NCBI GenBank assembly: GCA_018672235.1
Contig: JABHGE010000026.1
Span: forward strand, 1-48,893
Length of the DNA: 48,893 bases
Direction of reading: 5' to 3'
Origin: Fidelibacterota bacterium
GTDB lineage: Bacteria > Fidelibacterota > Marinisomatia > Marinisomatales > Marinisomataceae
The translations under genes and the position numbers were made by a program. The notes below the pieces were generated by a model. That model searched no databases and was not told the DNA's origin. It saw only the letters and a program-made list of their open reading frames with translations. This document shows positions 9,527 to 19,633 of the stretch, one piece after another. Positions within the stretch are counted from its first letter, which is position 1, and every line of letters starts with the position of its first letter.

Positions 9527-10135
9527 TTAGAAAAATATAGTAGATAGTGCAATAATTGCTCCCAAAAGAAAAGTGTTTGGATTGGCAATATCGCTAATAG
9601 CAACAATAACTCCTAATATAGATAGCTCCAAAGTCCTATCAGTTATTTCAGCTGAATTATTCTTTTTAGATTTTTTAGCCTTAGTAGGCTTATTATTTTT
9701 TTCAGAGAATTCTTGTATATTTTCATCCATTGCAATATTTTTTTTAGCTTCTTCTTGAGATAGTCTCAGTAGAAATGAGATATTCTTTCTTGTAGGATTT
9801 GCGATTTCAAAAGATTCAATTTCCTTCCTTAGTCTTAAAGCTATCTGCGTAGATTCTTCATTGTTTGCTATTTCAATTTTTGTGACAGCTCCATTAAAAT
9901 CCTGATTTACTAGTTTTGTACTATCAGTTTGTGCACCATATACTGTAAGATAAAACCATTCTGACGAATACCATGCAGTTACATCTTTTAAGTTAATTTT
10001 TTTAGTACCACCTACATTAACTAAGGTTCCATTTTTTCTAGAATCGATATCAATATTATTGATAGTATTTTCTTGGCCAAAGGTAAAACAAGAAAAAAAT
10101 AGAAATAAAACAGTTATTATTAGATTATTTTTCAT
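9527..10135 (-). CDS. Hypothetical exported protein (signal peptide, possible AMIN-like beta domain, hydrophobic C-terminus)
   Basis: N-terminal signal peptide; beta-rich middle; Lys-rich linker; hydrophobic tail. The AMIN resemblance is only an impression. Confidence 0.6.
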   Translation of the reverse strand: MKNNLIITVLFLFFSCFTFGQENTINNIDIDSRKNGTLVNVGGTKKINLKDVTAWYSSEWFYLTVYGAQTDSTKLVNQDFNGAVTKIEIANNEESTQIALRLRKEIESFEIANPTRKNISFLLRLSQEEAKKNIAMDENIQEFSEKNNKPTKAKKSKKNNSAEITDRTLELSILGVIVAISDIANPNTFLLGAIIALSTIFF

Positions 10136-10181
10136 CTAATGAATATATTATTTGTTTAGATTCATATGAAACACTTTATCG

Positions 10182-12719
10182 ATGAAAAGCAAAGAAATTA
10201 GAGAATCGTTTATTAAATTTTTTGAGGGTAAAAACCATCATAAAATTTCCAGTGCTCCTGTATTACCTTATGACGATAAATCACTTTTATTTACAAATGC
10301 TGGAATGAATCAGTTCAAACCAATTTTTTTAGATACAGAAAAGCCAAAACATTTACGAGTAGTAAATAGTCAAAAATGTATCAGAGTCAGTGGAAAACAT
10401 AATGATCTAGAAGAAGTAGGCAGAGATGGCTTTCACCATACGTTTTTTGAAATGCTCGGTAATTGGTCTTTTGGAGATTATTATAAGAAAGAAGCTATTG
10501 AATGGTCATGGGAGTTACTGACTGATGTTTGGGGCTTAGATAAATCACGTCTTTGGGTTACAGTATTTGATGATGATGATGAGGCGTATGATTTATGGGA
10601 AAAAGAAACAGATATTGATAAGAGTCGCATTGTAAGATGTGGAGCAAAAGATAATTTTTGGGAAATGGCAGAAACAGGTCCTTGCGGTCCATGTTCTGAA
10701 ATTCATTATTATGTCGGAGATGACATAGACAATCAGCAGGCTAAGTATGTAAATAATTCAGATGAATATTGGGAATTATGGAATTTAGTATTCATCCAAA
10801 GTAATCGCTTGAAAGATGGAGCATTTGAAGATTTACCGAAAAAACATGTAGATACCGGCGCTGGATTAGAGAGAATTTGTTCAGTGTTACAAAATAAAAA
10901 TTCAAATTATAAAAATGACTTATTTTCAAAAACTATATCTGATTTAGAAAAAATATCTAAGACAAGCTATCAAGACCATGAAGTATCTTATAATGTTATA
11001 TGCGACCACATTAGAATGCTATCCTTTGCTATAGCAGATGGAGTATTACCATCAAATGAAGGTAGAGGATATGTTGTCAGAAGAGTGCTTAGAAGGGGAT
11101 CGAGATTCGCAATGAATCTCAATTCCAATGAACCAATTTTATATAAACTAGTCGAGTCAGTTGTTTCTACAATGTCAGATACTTATCCAGAACTAAAAGA
11201 TAAACAAAAGCATATAGAAAAAACTATTTTTAGCGAAGAGAAATCTTTCTTAACTACGCTAGAAAAAGGAATTATTCAATTTGAAAAAATAATTAAGCAA
11301 TCTTCTTTTGACAGTATAAGTGGTGCTAATGCTTTTAAGCTATATGACACATATGGATTTCCTTTGGATTTAACAGAGCTTATGGCTTCTGAAAAAGGAA
11401 AAACTGTCGATATAAAAGGCTTTGAAGAAGAAATGAATAAGCAAAAAGAGCTTGCTAAAAAAAATCAAAAATTTGTTATAGATAGGGAAGATATTCAATG
11501 GAAATTTGTCAACAATTCAGCTCATTCAAGCTTTATTGGTTATAGCGAAAATGAAAGCTGCAGCAAGATAGTAAATTGGGCTGACAATGATAGTAATATA
11601 TATATCATCTTGGATCAAACTCCATTTTATGCTGAATCGGGCGGTCAAATTGGAGATACTGGAATTATTGAAAATAAAGATTTTTCTGCTGAAGTGGTAG
11701 ATACTCAGAAAAATGGAGATTTTATTATTCATATATGTAATCTAAAAAGGGGTACTATATCAAAAGATATGAATGCTTCTTGTGAGATAGATTTGGTTAG
11801 AAGAAATAATATTAGAGTTAATCATTCGGCAACTCACTTACTGCATCAATCTCTTAAGAGTATTCTAGGCAATCATGTGAATCAAGCAGGCTCTTTGGTT
11901 CATCCAGACTACTTAAGATTAGACATTACTCATCCATCTAAAATCGATAAAAAAGATATGGATGCAATCGAATTACTTGTAAATGAGAAAATTGCTGAAA
12001 ATATATCTGTAGAAACTAATATAAAAGCTTTAGAAGATGCAAAAAAAGAAGGTGCTACTGCTTTATTTGGTGAAAAGTATGGAGAAGAAGTTAGGGTATT
12101 AACGATGGGATCTTTTTCAAAAGAATTGTGTGGAGGTACTCATGTTTCAACTACTGGAGAAATTAATAAGTTTATGATAACGCATGAAAAAGCTATTGCA
12201 TCTGGGGTGAGAAGAGTTCACGCTATTACCGGAAAACATGTCAAATTATATATTCAAGATAGAATGAATACTATGAATAGCCTACAAGAAGCCAATGATA
12301 AGAAAGAGCTTGAGAAGCAAAATCAATCAAATATGTTAAATATTATTGATATCGATAGCATTATTCAAAATCAAACGTATTTAAATAGTATCGCATTTAT
12401 AAATGAAGAAGTTGCTCTAGGTTCTATTGCTGACTTGAAAAAACTAAATACAAAATTAAGCTCAAAATTTACTTCAGGCATTGCAGTTTTTTCAGTAACG
12501 ATGAATGAGAAAGCTGTAATCTCGGTAAGCGTGTCAAAAGATTTAATTGAAAAATCTGTATCTGCATCTTCTTTAGCAAAGATTATTGGAAAAGCTTTAA
12601 ATGGTGGAGGTGGAGGTAGAGATGATTTTGCTACAGCTGGAGCATCCTCAGATTTCTCTTTAACTGAGATTAAAGATAAAATTAATAAATTGATAACATC
12701 TGAAATGGAGAAATTATAA
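10182..12719 (+). CDS. alaS: Alanine--tRNA ligase
   Basis: LLFTNAGMNQFK, HHTFFEMLGNWSFGDY, DTGAGLER, editing NHSATHLLH and ELCGGTH, C-terminal GGGGG. Confidence 0.99.
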   Translation: MKSKEIRESFIKFFEGKNHHKISSAPVLPYDDKSLLFTNAGMNQFKPIFLDTEKPKHLRVVNSQKCIRVSGKHNDLEEVGRDGFHHTFFEMLGNWSFGDYYKKEAIEWSWELLTDVWGLDKSRLWVTVFDDDDEAYDLWEKETDIDKSRIVRCGAKDNFWEMAETGPCGPCSEIHYYVGDDIDNQQAKYVNNSDEYWELWNLVFIQSNRLKDGAFEDLPKKHVDTGAGLERICSVLQNKNSNYKNDLFSKTISDLEKISKTSYQDHEVSYNVICDHIRMLSFAIADGVLPSNEGRGYVVRRVLRRGSRFAMNLNSNEPILYKLVESVVSTMSDTYPELKDKQKHIEKTIFSEEKSFLTTLEKGIIQFEKIIKQSSFDSISGANAFKLYDTYGFPLDLTELMASEKGKTVDIKGFEEEMNKQKELAKKNQKFVIDREDIQWKFVNNSAHSSFIGYSENESCSKIVNWADNDSNIYIILDQTPFYAESGGQIGDTGIIENKDFSAEVVDTQKNGDFIIHICNLKRGTISKDMNASCEIDLVRRNNIRVNHSATHLLHQSLKSILGNHVNQAGSLVHPDYLRLDITHPSKIDKKDMDAIELLVNEKIAENISVETNIKALEDAKKEGATALFGEKYGEEVRVLTMGSFSKELCGGTHVSTTGEINKFMITHEKAIASGVRRVHAITGKHVKLYIQDRMNTMNSLQEANDKKELEKQNQSNMLNIIDIDSIIQNQTYLNSIAFINEEVALGSIADLKKLNTKLSSKFTSGIAVFSVTMNEKAVISVSVSKDLIEKSVSASSLAKIIGKALNGGGGGRDDFATAGASSDFSLTEIKDKINKLITSEMEKL

Positions 12720-13147
12720 TGCAATTTCAAAAAATTGATAATTCATATATTATTTACGTAGAAAAAGGCGAAAAAATAATCGAGACACTCACGCAATTTT
12801 GTATTGATCATAATATCAATTCTGGCCAACTCTCTGGTATTGGAGCAGTAAAAAGTACGGACATAGGAGCGTACGACATAACATCAAAAGATTATATTCA
12901 TAAATTGTTTAATCCTATTCATGAGCTATTATCTTTTCAAGGAAACATAGCCATTAAAGATGACGCGCCTTTTATACATGCACATATCACCTTAGGAAAT
13001 CATGATATGGAAGTTTCGGGGGGGCATTTATTTGAAGCTGAAGTAGCAGCTGTTGGAGAATTTATACTACATAATTTTAATACAAAAACACATAGAGAGC
13101 TTGATAATAATATTGGATTAGCTACTTTGAGCCTCTGTAAAATTTGA
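12719..13147 (+). CDS. PPC/DUF296 domain protein
   Basis: GIGAV, ELLSFQGNI, HAHITLG, GGHL motifs. Confidence 0.9.
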   Translation: MQFQKIDNSYIIYVEKGEKIIETLTQFCIDHNINSGQLSGIGAVKSTDIGAYDITSKDYIHKLFNPIHELLSFQGNIAIKDDAPFIHAHITLGNHDMEVSGGHLFEAEVAAVGEFILHNFNTKTHRELDNNIGLATLSLCKI

Positions 13148-13156
13148 AAGGAAGTA

Positions 13157-13525
13157 ATGATGAGTAATTTAAAAGCACCAACTCCCGTTGGACCATATTC
13201 AATGTTTAGGTATTTGAGCGATAATTCTGATTGGGTTATGGCAGGATCCATTCCTATAGACCCCATATCTGGACAATTAAACAATGAGACAGTTCAAATG
13301 GAAGTCATACAAGTATTTGATAATATTGAAGCAGTATTAGCTGACAATGGTAAAACTTTAGCAGATATAAAAAAGTTTACTGTGTTTTTAATGGATTTGA
13401 CCTCTACAGCACTAGTAAATGCTGAAATTGAGAAAAGAATCAAAGGAGAATATCCAGCACGTTCTACAATTCAGGTAGCAGGATTACCAATGGGAGCAAG
13501 AGTAGAAATTGAATGTTTAGGCTAA
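13157..13525 (+). CDS. RidA/YjgF family protein
   Basis: APTPVGPYS, YPARSTIQVAGLPMGARVEIE (catalytic Arg retained). Confidence 0.9.
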   Translation: MMSNLKAPTPVGPYSMFRYLSDNSDWVMAGSIPIDPISGQLNNETVQMEVIQVFDNIEAVLADNGKTLADIKKFTVFLMDLTSTALVNAEIEKRIKGEYPARSTIQVAGLPMGARVEIECLG

Positions 13526-13947
13526 TAAAAACATTCATTTTTAGTGCTATTATTTTTTCAAATCTTTTTTCTCAACAAAAAATAGATTTTCGTACAGAAG
13601 AAGAACAATTAAAAGACCCTAAAATTGCCTTGAAACGATCGTTAAGAATCCCAGGAACTGGACAGCTCTATAATGACCAAAAAATTAAAGGATATGCATT
13701 GATGGCTGGCGAAGTTTTAGCATTGTGGAGTTTTAATGAGAATAGAAAAAAATATAATAATTATGAAGATTCTTATGCAAATTCTAAAGATTACTATTTA
13801 AGAGAAAGAAATCGTTTTGCATGGATCGCAATTGGTTTATATTTTTATAGCGTCCTTGATGCGGTAGTAGAAGCGCATCTCGATAATTTTGATGAGATTG
13901 TTAAAGAAAGCGATCCTTTAAATAACATTAAGGAAAAAGATGGATAA
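13513..13947 (+). CDS. DUF5683-like membrane protein
   Basis: Signal peptide; PKIALKRSLRIPGTGQLYN; SVLDAVVEAHL..FD. Confidence 0.75.
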   Translation: MFRLIKTFIFSAIIFSNLFSQQKIDFRTEEEQLKDPKIALKRSLRIPGTGQLYNDQKIKGYALMAGEVLALWSFNENRKKYNNYEDSYANSKDYYLRERNRFAWIAIGLYFYSVLDAVVEAHLDNFDEIVKESDPLNNIKEKDG

Positions 13948-15325
13948 TAATAGAGAGCAATGGAGTTCAAAAGCAAGTTTCATTTTAGCTGCTGCTGGTT
14001 CAGCGGTAGGCCTAGGAAATATTTGGAAATTTCCATATATAGCAGGTGAAAATGGTGGAGCAGCTTTTCTATTTATTTATCTTATCTGTATTGTGCTGGT
14101 TGGTCTACCAATATTAAATATTGAGATTCTTCTAGGGAGAGCAACACAAAAAAATCCTATAGGCGCATTTAAGACATTGACTGATAAGCCTTTTTGGAAG
14201 TATGTAGGTGCATTAGGAGTGTTTGCTAGTTTTACAATTTTATCTTTTTATAGTATTGTGGGTGGATGGTCAGTTGCCTATACGTTTGAAGCATTAAAAG
14301 GAACATTTTCTTCTTTTGATAATCCTCAGATGGCCGCAGGTTTCTTTAATCTAAAAAATAGCAATGCTATGTGGGTTGTTGGTTGGCATACAGTTTTCTT
14401 TTTGATGATTGTTGGTATCATTTTATCTGGAGTGAGAGCGGGATTAGAGAAAGCGAGTAAATTTTTAATGCCAGTTTTATTTGTAATTTTAATGATTTTA
14501 GTAGTACAAGGATTAATGTTACCTGGAGCAGATAAAGGTACATCCTTCCTTTTTTCTCCAGATTGGTCAAAGATTAATCCACAAACTTTTCTGCTTGCAT
14601 TAGGCCATGCTTTCTTTACGTTAAGTTTAGGTATGGGCGCAATGATGACCTATGGGAGTTATCTGTCCGAAAAAGATGATGTAGTTAATGCCTCTTATTT
14701 GGTTGCTTTCCTTGACACTATCATTGCTATCTTAGCAGGAGTTGCTATCTTTACAGTGGTATTTTCATCAGGATATGATCCTGCTGCAGGTCCTGGTTTA
14801 GTCTTTCATGTATTGCCACCACTGCTTGCACAGTTGGCGGGGGGTTATATTTTTGCATTATTATTTTTCTTATTACTTACGATAGCCGCAGTTACATCTG
14901 GAATTTCAATTTTAGAAGTTAGTGTTGCTTATTTAGTAGACGAGTTAAAGTATTCCAGAAAAAAAGCAACTTTGACAATGGGATTATTGGTATATCTCGC
15001 TGCTATTCCATGTGCATTATCTTTTAATTTATGGTCAGATGTTACATTGCTAAATACAGGCCTTACTTTCTTTGATGCAGCAGACTATCTTGCATCTAAT
15101 ATTTTATTACCACTTGGCGGATTCTTTCTTGCTATTTTTGCAGGATATGTATGGGGCGTGGATGAAGTTGTTAGAAATCTATTAATAGGAGATTCTAATT
15201 CAGTATATTTCGGAAATTCAATTTTTAAATCTCCTTCTTTTAATAAGTTATTTTCTTTCTTAGTTAGATACTTAAGTCCGATACTTATTTTCCTTGTATT
15301 TTTATATGTATTAGGATGGATTTAA
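13940..15325 (+). CDS. Sodium-dependent transporter, NSS/SNF (LeuT/MhsT-like) family
   Basis: REQWSSK..FILAAAGSAVGLGNIWKFPY, AFFTLSLGMG, AGPGLVF. Confidence 0.95.
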   Translation: MDNNREQWSSKASFILAAAGSAVGLGNIWKFPYIAGENGGAAFLFIYLICIVLVGLPILNIEILLGRATQKNPIGAFKTLTDKPFWKYVGALGVFASFTILSFYSIVGGWSVAYTFEALKGTFSSFDNPQMAAGFFNLKNSNAMWVVGWHTVFFLMIVGIILSGVRAGLEKASKFLMPVLFVILMILVVQGLMLPGADKGTSFLFSPDWSKINPQTFLLALGHAFFTLSLGMGAMMTYGSYLSEKDDVVNASYLVAFLDTIIAILAGVAIFTVVFSSGYDPAAGPGLVFHVLPPLLAQLAGGYIFALLFFLLLTIAAVTSGISILEVSVAYLVDELKYSRKKATLTMGLLVYLAAIPCALSFNLWSDVTLLNTGLTFFDAADYLASNILLPLGGFFLAIFAGYVWGVDEVVRNLLIGDSNSVYFGNSIFKSPSFNKLFSFLVRYLSPILIFLVFLYVLGWI

Positions 15326-15330
15326 GCTAA

Positions 15331-16089
15331 ATGATTAAAAGGCTTTTCCCTTCTGAATCTTCTCGATATAAACATATTCAGAATTTTTTTCAAAGAATTG
15401 ATGTAGATATAATTGATCGATTAGAGATATTTTTTCCGATGTGGATTATGCTTGCTTTTCAGCACTATTTAATCAAATCGTATGATACAATTTTTAATAT
15501 AGGAATAGCAGGTAATTTAGATAGGTATTACATATTTTCGATGATTTCTCAAGACTGGATCAGTGTTGTAAATATCCTACTTCAGTCTATTTTATTTTTA
15601 TGGCTGATGAACAGATTTGAGTCTTTTGGACCATTTCGTAGTGTGAAAATAGATTTCCAAACAAATTTTTTACTATTCTTATCAATCTATTCTTTTATTG
15701 GTGTTCTAATTTTCGGAAAAATGATGATTGGACTATGGTTGTTATTACTAGTTCTATACTCATTATATCGTTCAAATAGCATGCGTAGTAAGTTTTTATC
15801 CTTACTGTTAACTGTTGTCGTACTATTGCTATCTATATATCAAGATGAACCAATTTTGTCTACTAGTTCAATTGTCTACTTACCATTCTTAGTGACTACA
15901 TTATTATTTAAGTCAAAAGAGTATTTCTATTATGCTCAAAAATATTTACCATTTATTCTATTTATATTTTTGTCTACTAAAGAGTTATGGTTTGGACTTC
16001 TAGGGCTAGGATATTTTATATTTTTTTATTCTTATTACTATTTCACAGCGAATAAAAAGTATGATTGGTTAAAATTTGATAGCCATTAA
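15331..16089 (+). CDS. Hypothetical polytopic membrane protein
   Basis: About 7-8 hydrophobic segments; starts 5 nt after the NSS gene; no motif recognised with confidence. Confidence 0.6.
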   Translation: MIKRLFPSESSRYKHIQNFFQRIDVDIIDRLEIFFPMWIMLAFQHYLIKSYDTIFNIGIAGNLDRYYIFSMISQDWISVVNILLQSILFLWLMNRFESFGPFRSVKIDFQTNFLLFLSIYSFIGVLIFGKMMIGLWLLLLVLYSLYRSNSMRSKFLSLLLTVVVLLLSIYQDEPILSTSSIVYLPFLVTTLLFKSKEYFYYAQKYLPFILFIFLSTKELWFGLLGLGYFIFFYSYYYFTANKKYDWLKFDSH

Positions 16090-16209
16090 TAATCTACTGG
16101 ATTTTCTTATCTTTTTTGTTAAATTGTTCAATGTTAACCTTAATAAAAACTTTTTATCTTAAGAGTTTTATCACACTAACCATTCCAACCCTTACGCTCG
16201 GAGTTTTTT

Positions 16210-17676
16210 ATGTCTAAAAATATTATTGAAAGAACATTAACATTCGACGATGTACTTTTAGTACCTCAGAAATCATCCGTATTACCTAAGGAGGTTGATT
16301 GTTCTACCTCTATTACAAAAAATATAAAATTGAATATACCTGTAATGAGTGCAGCTATGGACACTGTAACAGAGTCTGATATGGCTATTGCTCTTGCGAG
16401 ACAGGGAGGAATTGGTGTTATTCATAAAAATATGAGTATAGAGAAACAAGCTCTAATGGTTGACAAGGTAAAGCGCTATGAAAGTGGAATGATTAAAAAT
16501 CCCATAACTCTAGATGAGAGTAAACCAGTTGGAGATGCAAAACAATTAATGGATCAATACTCAATTGGTGGCTTGCCAGTGCTGGCAAAAGGAAAATTAG
16601 TAGGCATCATTACTAAGAGAGATATTAGATTTGAATCAGATCTAAGTGTATTAGTAAAAGATAGAATGACGTCAAAAAATTTAGTCACTGTTAAATCAAA
16701 TACTACCAATGAAGAAGCTAAAAAAATATTACAGAAACATAGAATAGAAAGATTATTGGTAGTAGACAGTAAAGATAACTTAGCAGGCTTAATTACAGTG
16801 AAAGATCTCACAAAGAAAGAAGAATTTCCTAATTCTTCAAAAGATAAAAATGGAAGACTAAGAGTAGCAGCAGCAATAAGCGTTAGAGATGATTGGTCTG
16901 AAAGGATTAGCGCACTTGACTCTGTTGGTGTTGATGTAGTTGTAGTAGATACGGCACATGGTCATTCACAATATGTTTTGGACTTAGTTAAGCAGATTAA
17001 AAAAACATTCCCTGATTTAGATCTAATAGCTGGTAATGTTGCTACAGCTGAAGCAACCGAAGATTTAATTAAAGCGGGAGCTGATTGTGTTAAGGTAGGT
17101 ATAGGTGCAGGATCTAGTTGTACTACAAGAATTGTTGCTGGAGTGGGAGTGCCTCAACTTTCAGCAGTTATTGACTGTGCTAAAGTTGGGTTAAAGTATA
17201 ATATTCCAATTATTGCTGATGGCGGAATACGTTATAGTGGCGATATTGCAAAATCATTAGCTGCCGGTGCAAGCGTTGTAATGTTAGGTGGTATGTTAGC
17301 AGGGATGGATGAAAGTCCTGGAGAAACTATCGTCTATGAGGGAAGAAGATATAAATCATATAGAGGTATGGGATCTTTAGCTGCTATGAAAGAAGGCGGC
17401 GGTGAAAGATATTTTCAGCAAGAAAAAGATGAATTAAAATTAGTACCTGAAGGTATTGAAGGCATGGTTCCTTTTAGGGGTCCTGTAAATAATACGATCT
17501 TTCAATTAATTGGTGGATTAAAATCATCTATGGGATACTGTGGAGCTAAAAACTTAGCTTTATTCTATAAGAATAAAAAGTTTATTGAAATATCAGCAGC
17601 AGCTGGTAGAGAAAGTCATCCACATGAAGTCAGTATCATTAAAGAGGCGCCTAATTATCAGGGTCATGATAAATAG
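16210..17676 (+). CDS. guaB: IMP dehydrogenase (with CBS pair)
   Basis: [52 protein letters not shown]. Confidence 0.99.
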   Translation: MSKNIIERTLTFDDVLLVPQKSSVLPKEVDCSTSITKNIKLNIPVMSAAMDTVTESDMAIALARQGGIGVIHKNMSIEKQALMVDKVKRYESGMIKNPITLDESKPVGDAKQLMDQYSIGGLPVLAKGKLVGIITKRDIRFESDLSVLVKDRMTSKNLVTVKSNTTNEEAKKILQKHRIERLLVVDSKDNLAGLITVKDLTKKEEFPNSSKDKNGRLRVAAAISVRDDWSERISALDSVGVDVVVVDTAHGHSQYVLDLVKQIKKTFPDLDLIAGNVATAEATEDLIKAGADCVKVGIGAGSSCTTRIVAGVGVPQLSAVIDCAKVGLKYNIPIIADGGIRYSGDIAKSLAAGASVVMLGGMLAGMDESPGETIVYEGRRYKSYRGMGSLAAMKEGGGERYFQQEKDELKLVPEGIEGMVPFRGPVNNTIFQLIGGLKSSMGYCGAKNLALFYKNKKFIEISAAAGRESHPHEVSIIKEAPNYQGHDK

Positions 17677-17695
17677 TTATTAAATAAAAAAAGTA

Positions 17696-17726
17696 TTGAT
17701 TATTGAGATTTAATCTCAATAATCAA
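17696..17726. promoter_or_regulatory. Perfect 15-1-15 inverted repeat, putative Fur-type operator upstream of flavodoxin
   Basis: TTGATTATTGAGATT-T-AATCTCAATAATCAA; core resembles the Fur-box variant ATTGAGAATnATTCTCAAT; candidate -10 TATACT at 17733-17738. Confidence 0.6.
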
Positions 17727-17778
17727 CAAAAGTATACTTAAATTACGCCATTAATAACTAGGGGATATCTATAATATT

Positions 17779-18291
17779 ATGAAAAAAATAGGATTATTTT
17801 GGGGGAGTACGACTGGCAATCAAGAAGAAGCCGCTGAGGCACTTAAAGATCACATGGAAACAGAAGGCTATAAGGTAGATTCATACGACATTAGATCGAC
17901 CGATCTGTCTAAAATGTTAGAATACTCCAATCTTATTATTGGTTGTCCAACATGGAATGTAGGTGAACTACAAGAAGACTGGGAAGAAGTATATCTTGAA
18001 TATCGAAAACTAAACTTTAGTAATATTACAGGAGCGTTTTTTGGTGCTGGAGATCAAATATCATATAGTTTTAATTATTTAGATGCCGTTGGGTTGTTAG
18101 CAAAACCATTCATAGAAAACGGTGGTAAGTTAGTGGGGAAATGGCCTACAGAAGGATATGAATTTGATGAATCTGAAGCACTCGAAGGAGATAAGTTTTT
18201 AGGTTTAGGAATTGATAATGACAATGAAGAAGAATTAACTGAAGATCGATTAGCTGGTTGGGTTGAGCTTATCAAAGATAAGTTTCAGTAG
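17779..18291 (+). CDS. fldA: Long-chain flavodoxin
   Basis: FWGSTTGN, GCPTWNVGELQ, FGAGDQ, FLGLGID. Confidence 0.93.
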   Translation: MKKIGLFWGSTTGNQEEAAEALKDHMETEGYKVDSYDIRSTDLSKMLEYSNLIIGCPTWNVGELQEDWEEVYLEYRKLNFSNITGAFFGAGDQISYSFNYLDAVGLLAKPFIENGGKLVGKWPTEGYEFDESEALEGDKFLGLGIDNDNEEELTEDRLAGWVELIKDKFQ

Positions 18292-18339
18292 TTATTAATA
18301 TAGATTTAGAAGAAAGAAAAGTAAGAGTTAAAAAAATAT

Positions 18340-18597
18340 TTATGCACTTAAAGAATTTAAGTAACTAGTAAGCCTTGATTTTTGTCTAGCAGCATTATTT
18401 TTATGAATTAAATTTTTGCTTGCCATCTTATCAATAAAAGAAATTGCACTAGCATAAGGTGCTGTTGCTTTCTTAGCGTCGTCCTGAGACATGACTGTTT
18501 TAATCAATGTTCTCATCTTAGATTTGTTCTGAGCATTGATTGCTCTACGTTTCAAATCTTGTCGATCTCTTTTAATTTGTTGTTTATGTCTGTCCAT
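18340..18597 (-). CDS. rpsT: 30S ribosomal protein S20
   Basis: KR.RQ..KRR..N...KSKMRTLIK, IDKMASKNLIHKNNAARQKSRL; start set at ATG 18597 rather than TTG 18612. Confidence 0.95.
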   Translation of the reverse strand: MDRHKQQIKRDRQDLKRRAINAQNKSKMRTLIKTVMSQDDAKKATAPYASAISFIDKMASKNLIHKNNAARQKSRLTSYLNSLSA

Positions 18598-18610
18598 AAA
18601 TAGCGTACGC

Positions 18611-18639
18611 AACTTATCCTATTCCAAATGAGATGTCAA
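18611..18639 (-). promoter_or_regulatory. Sigma-70-type promoter of rpsT
   Basis: Minus strand TTGACA-17 nt-TAAGTT, ending 13 nt before the ATG. Confidence 0.75.
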
Positions 18640-18691
18640 TAAATTTCTAGTTTTGATTATTGTTTTAAAATTATAGCAATTAAATTAAAGC

Positions 18692-19633
18692 ATGAGTTCA
18701 AAAAATCTAAAGCAGATTCTAGAGAATGCACAAGCAAATGACTTTATAGCAATTTCAGAATTAATGACAGGTATTGAGACGGGAGTTTTATCTAGGAGAG
18801 AAGTTTCAAGTCATATTCTTAAGCACTCTATGAATTCAATTAAAATAGGTATTACAGGTCCTCCTGGAGCAGGTAAAAGCTCATTGATGAATCAATTAAT
18901 TCCAAAAATAAGAGAAAAAAACCTATCTGTCGGTATTATTGCAATTGATCCATCTAGCCCTATTACAGGAGGCTCTTTCCTAGGTGATAGAGTTCGTATT
19001 AATAATGCGATTGACGATGATAGAGTATTTGTAAGAAGCATGGGATCTAGGGCTGAGCTTGGAGGTATTACAGATTTAGCGGAGGACTTTAGCGATATCC
19101 TAGCTTTCAGTGGCAAAGATATTATCTTTATTGAAACAGTAGGAGTAGGACAATCAGAATATAGTGTATCTGAAATTACAGATTTAACTACATTGGTATT
19201 TGTTCCTGAATCTGGAGATGAAATTCAATTGTTAAAAGCTGGTATATTAGAGCTAGCAGATGTATTCGTGGTAAATAAATCAGATAGAAAAGATGCCAAT
19301 CTTTTGGTTCGATCAATTAATAATATTATTTCTGCCACTAAAAAAAATATTAAAAATGTACCTATTTTTAAGACGAGTTGTAAGTCGGGCGATGGAGTTG
19401 AAGATTTTGCAACAGCACTTATTGCTTATCATAAATCTATGCAAGATAATGAGCAGATTAAGCATCGCCAATTATCACGTTTTTCCCGTAGAATGAAAAA
19501 GATTATAGAAAAAGATATTATAAAAGAGTTTTGGTCTGAAGATAGATTAGCTTTTGTTAAAAACTTAAACAAAGAAGATATTAAGTTTAAATCTCCTTAT
19601 CAAATTGTAGACAATATAAAGAAGTTGAAATGA
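18692..19633 (+). CDS. meaB: Methylmalonyl-CoA mutase-associated GTPase MeaB/ArgK
   Basis: GITGPPGAGKSS, AIDPSSPITGGSFLGDRVR, ETVGVGQSE, KAGILE, NKSD. Confidence 0.93.
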   Translation: MSSKNLKQILENAQANDFIAISELMTGIETGVLSRREVSSHILKHSMNSIKIGITGPPGAGKSSLMNQLIPKIREKNLSVGIIAIDPSSPITGGSFLGDRVRINNAIDDDRVFVRSMGSRAELGGITDLAEDFSDILAFSGKDIIFIETVGVGQSEYSVSEITDLTTLVFVPESGDEIQLLKAGILELADVFVVNKSDRKDANLLVRSINNIISATKKNIKNVPIFKTSCKSGDGVEDFATALIAYHKSMQDNEQIKHRQLSRFSRRMKKIIEKDIIKEFWSEDRLAFVKNLNKEDIKFKSPYQIVDNIKKLK

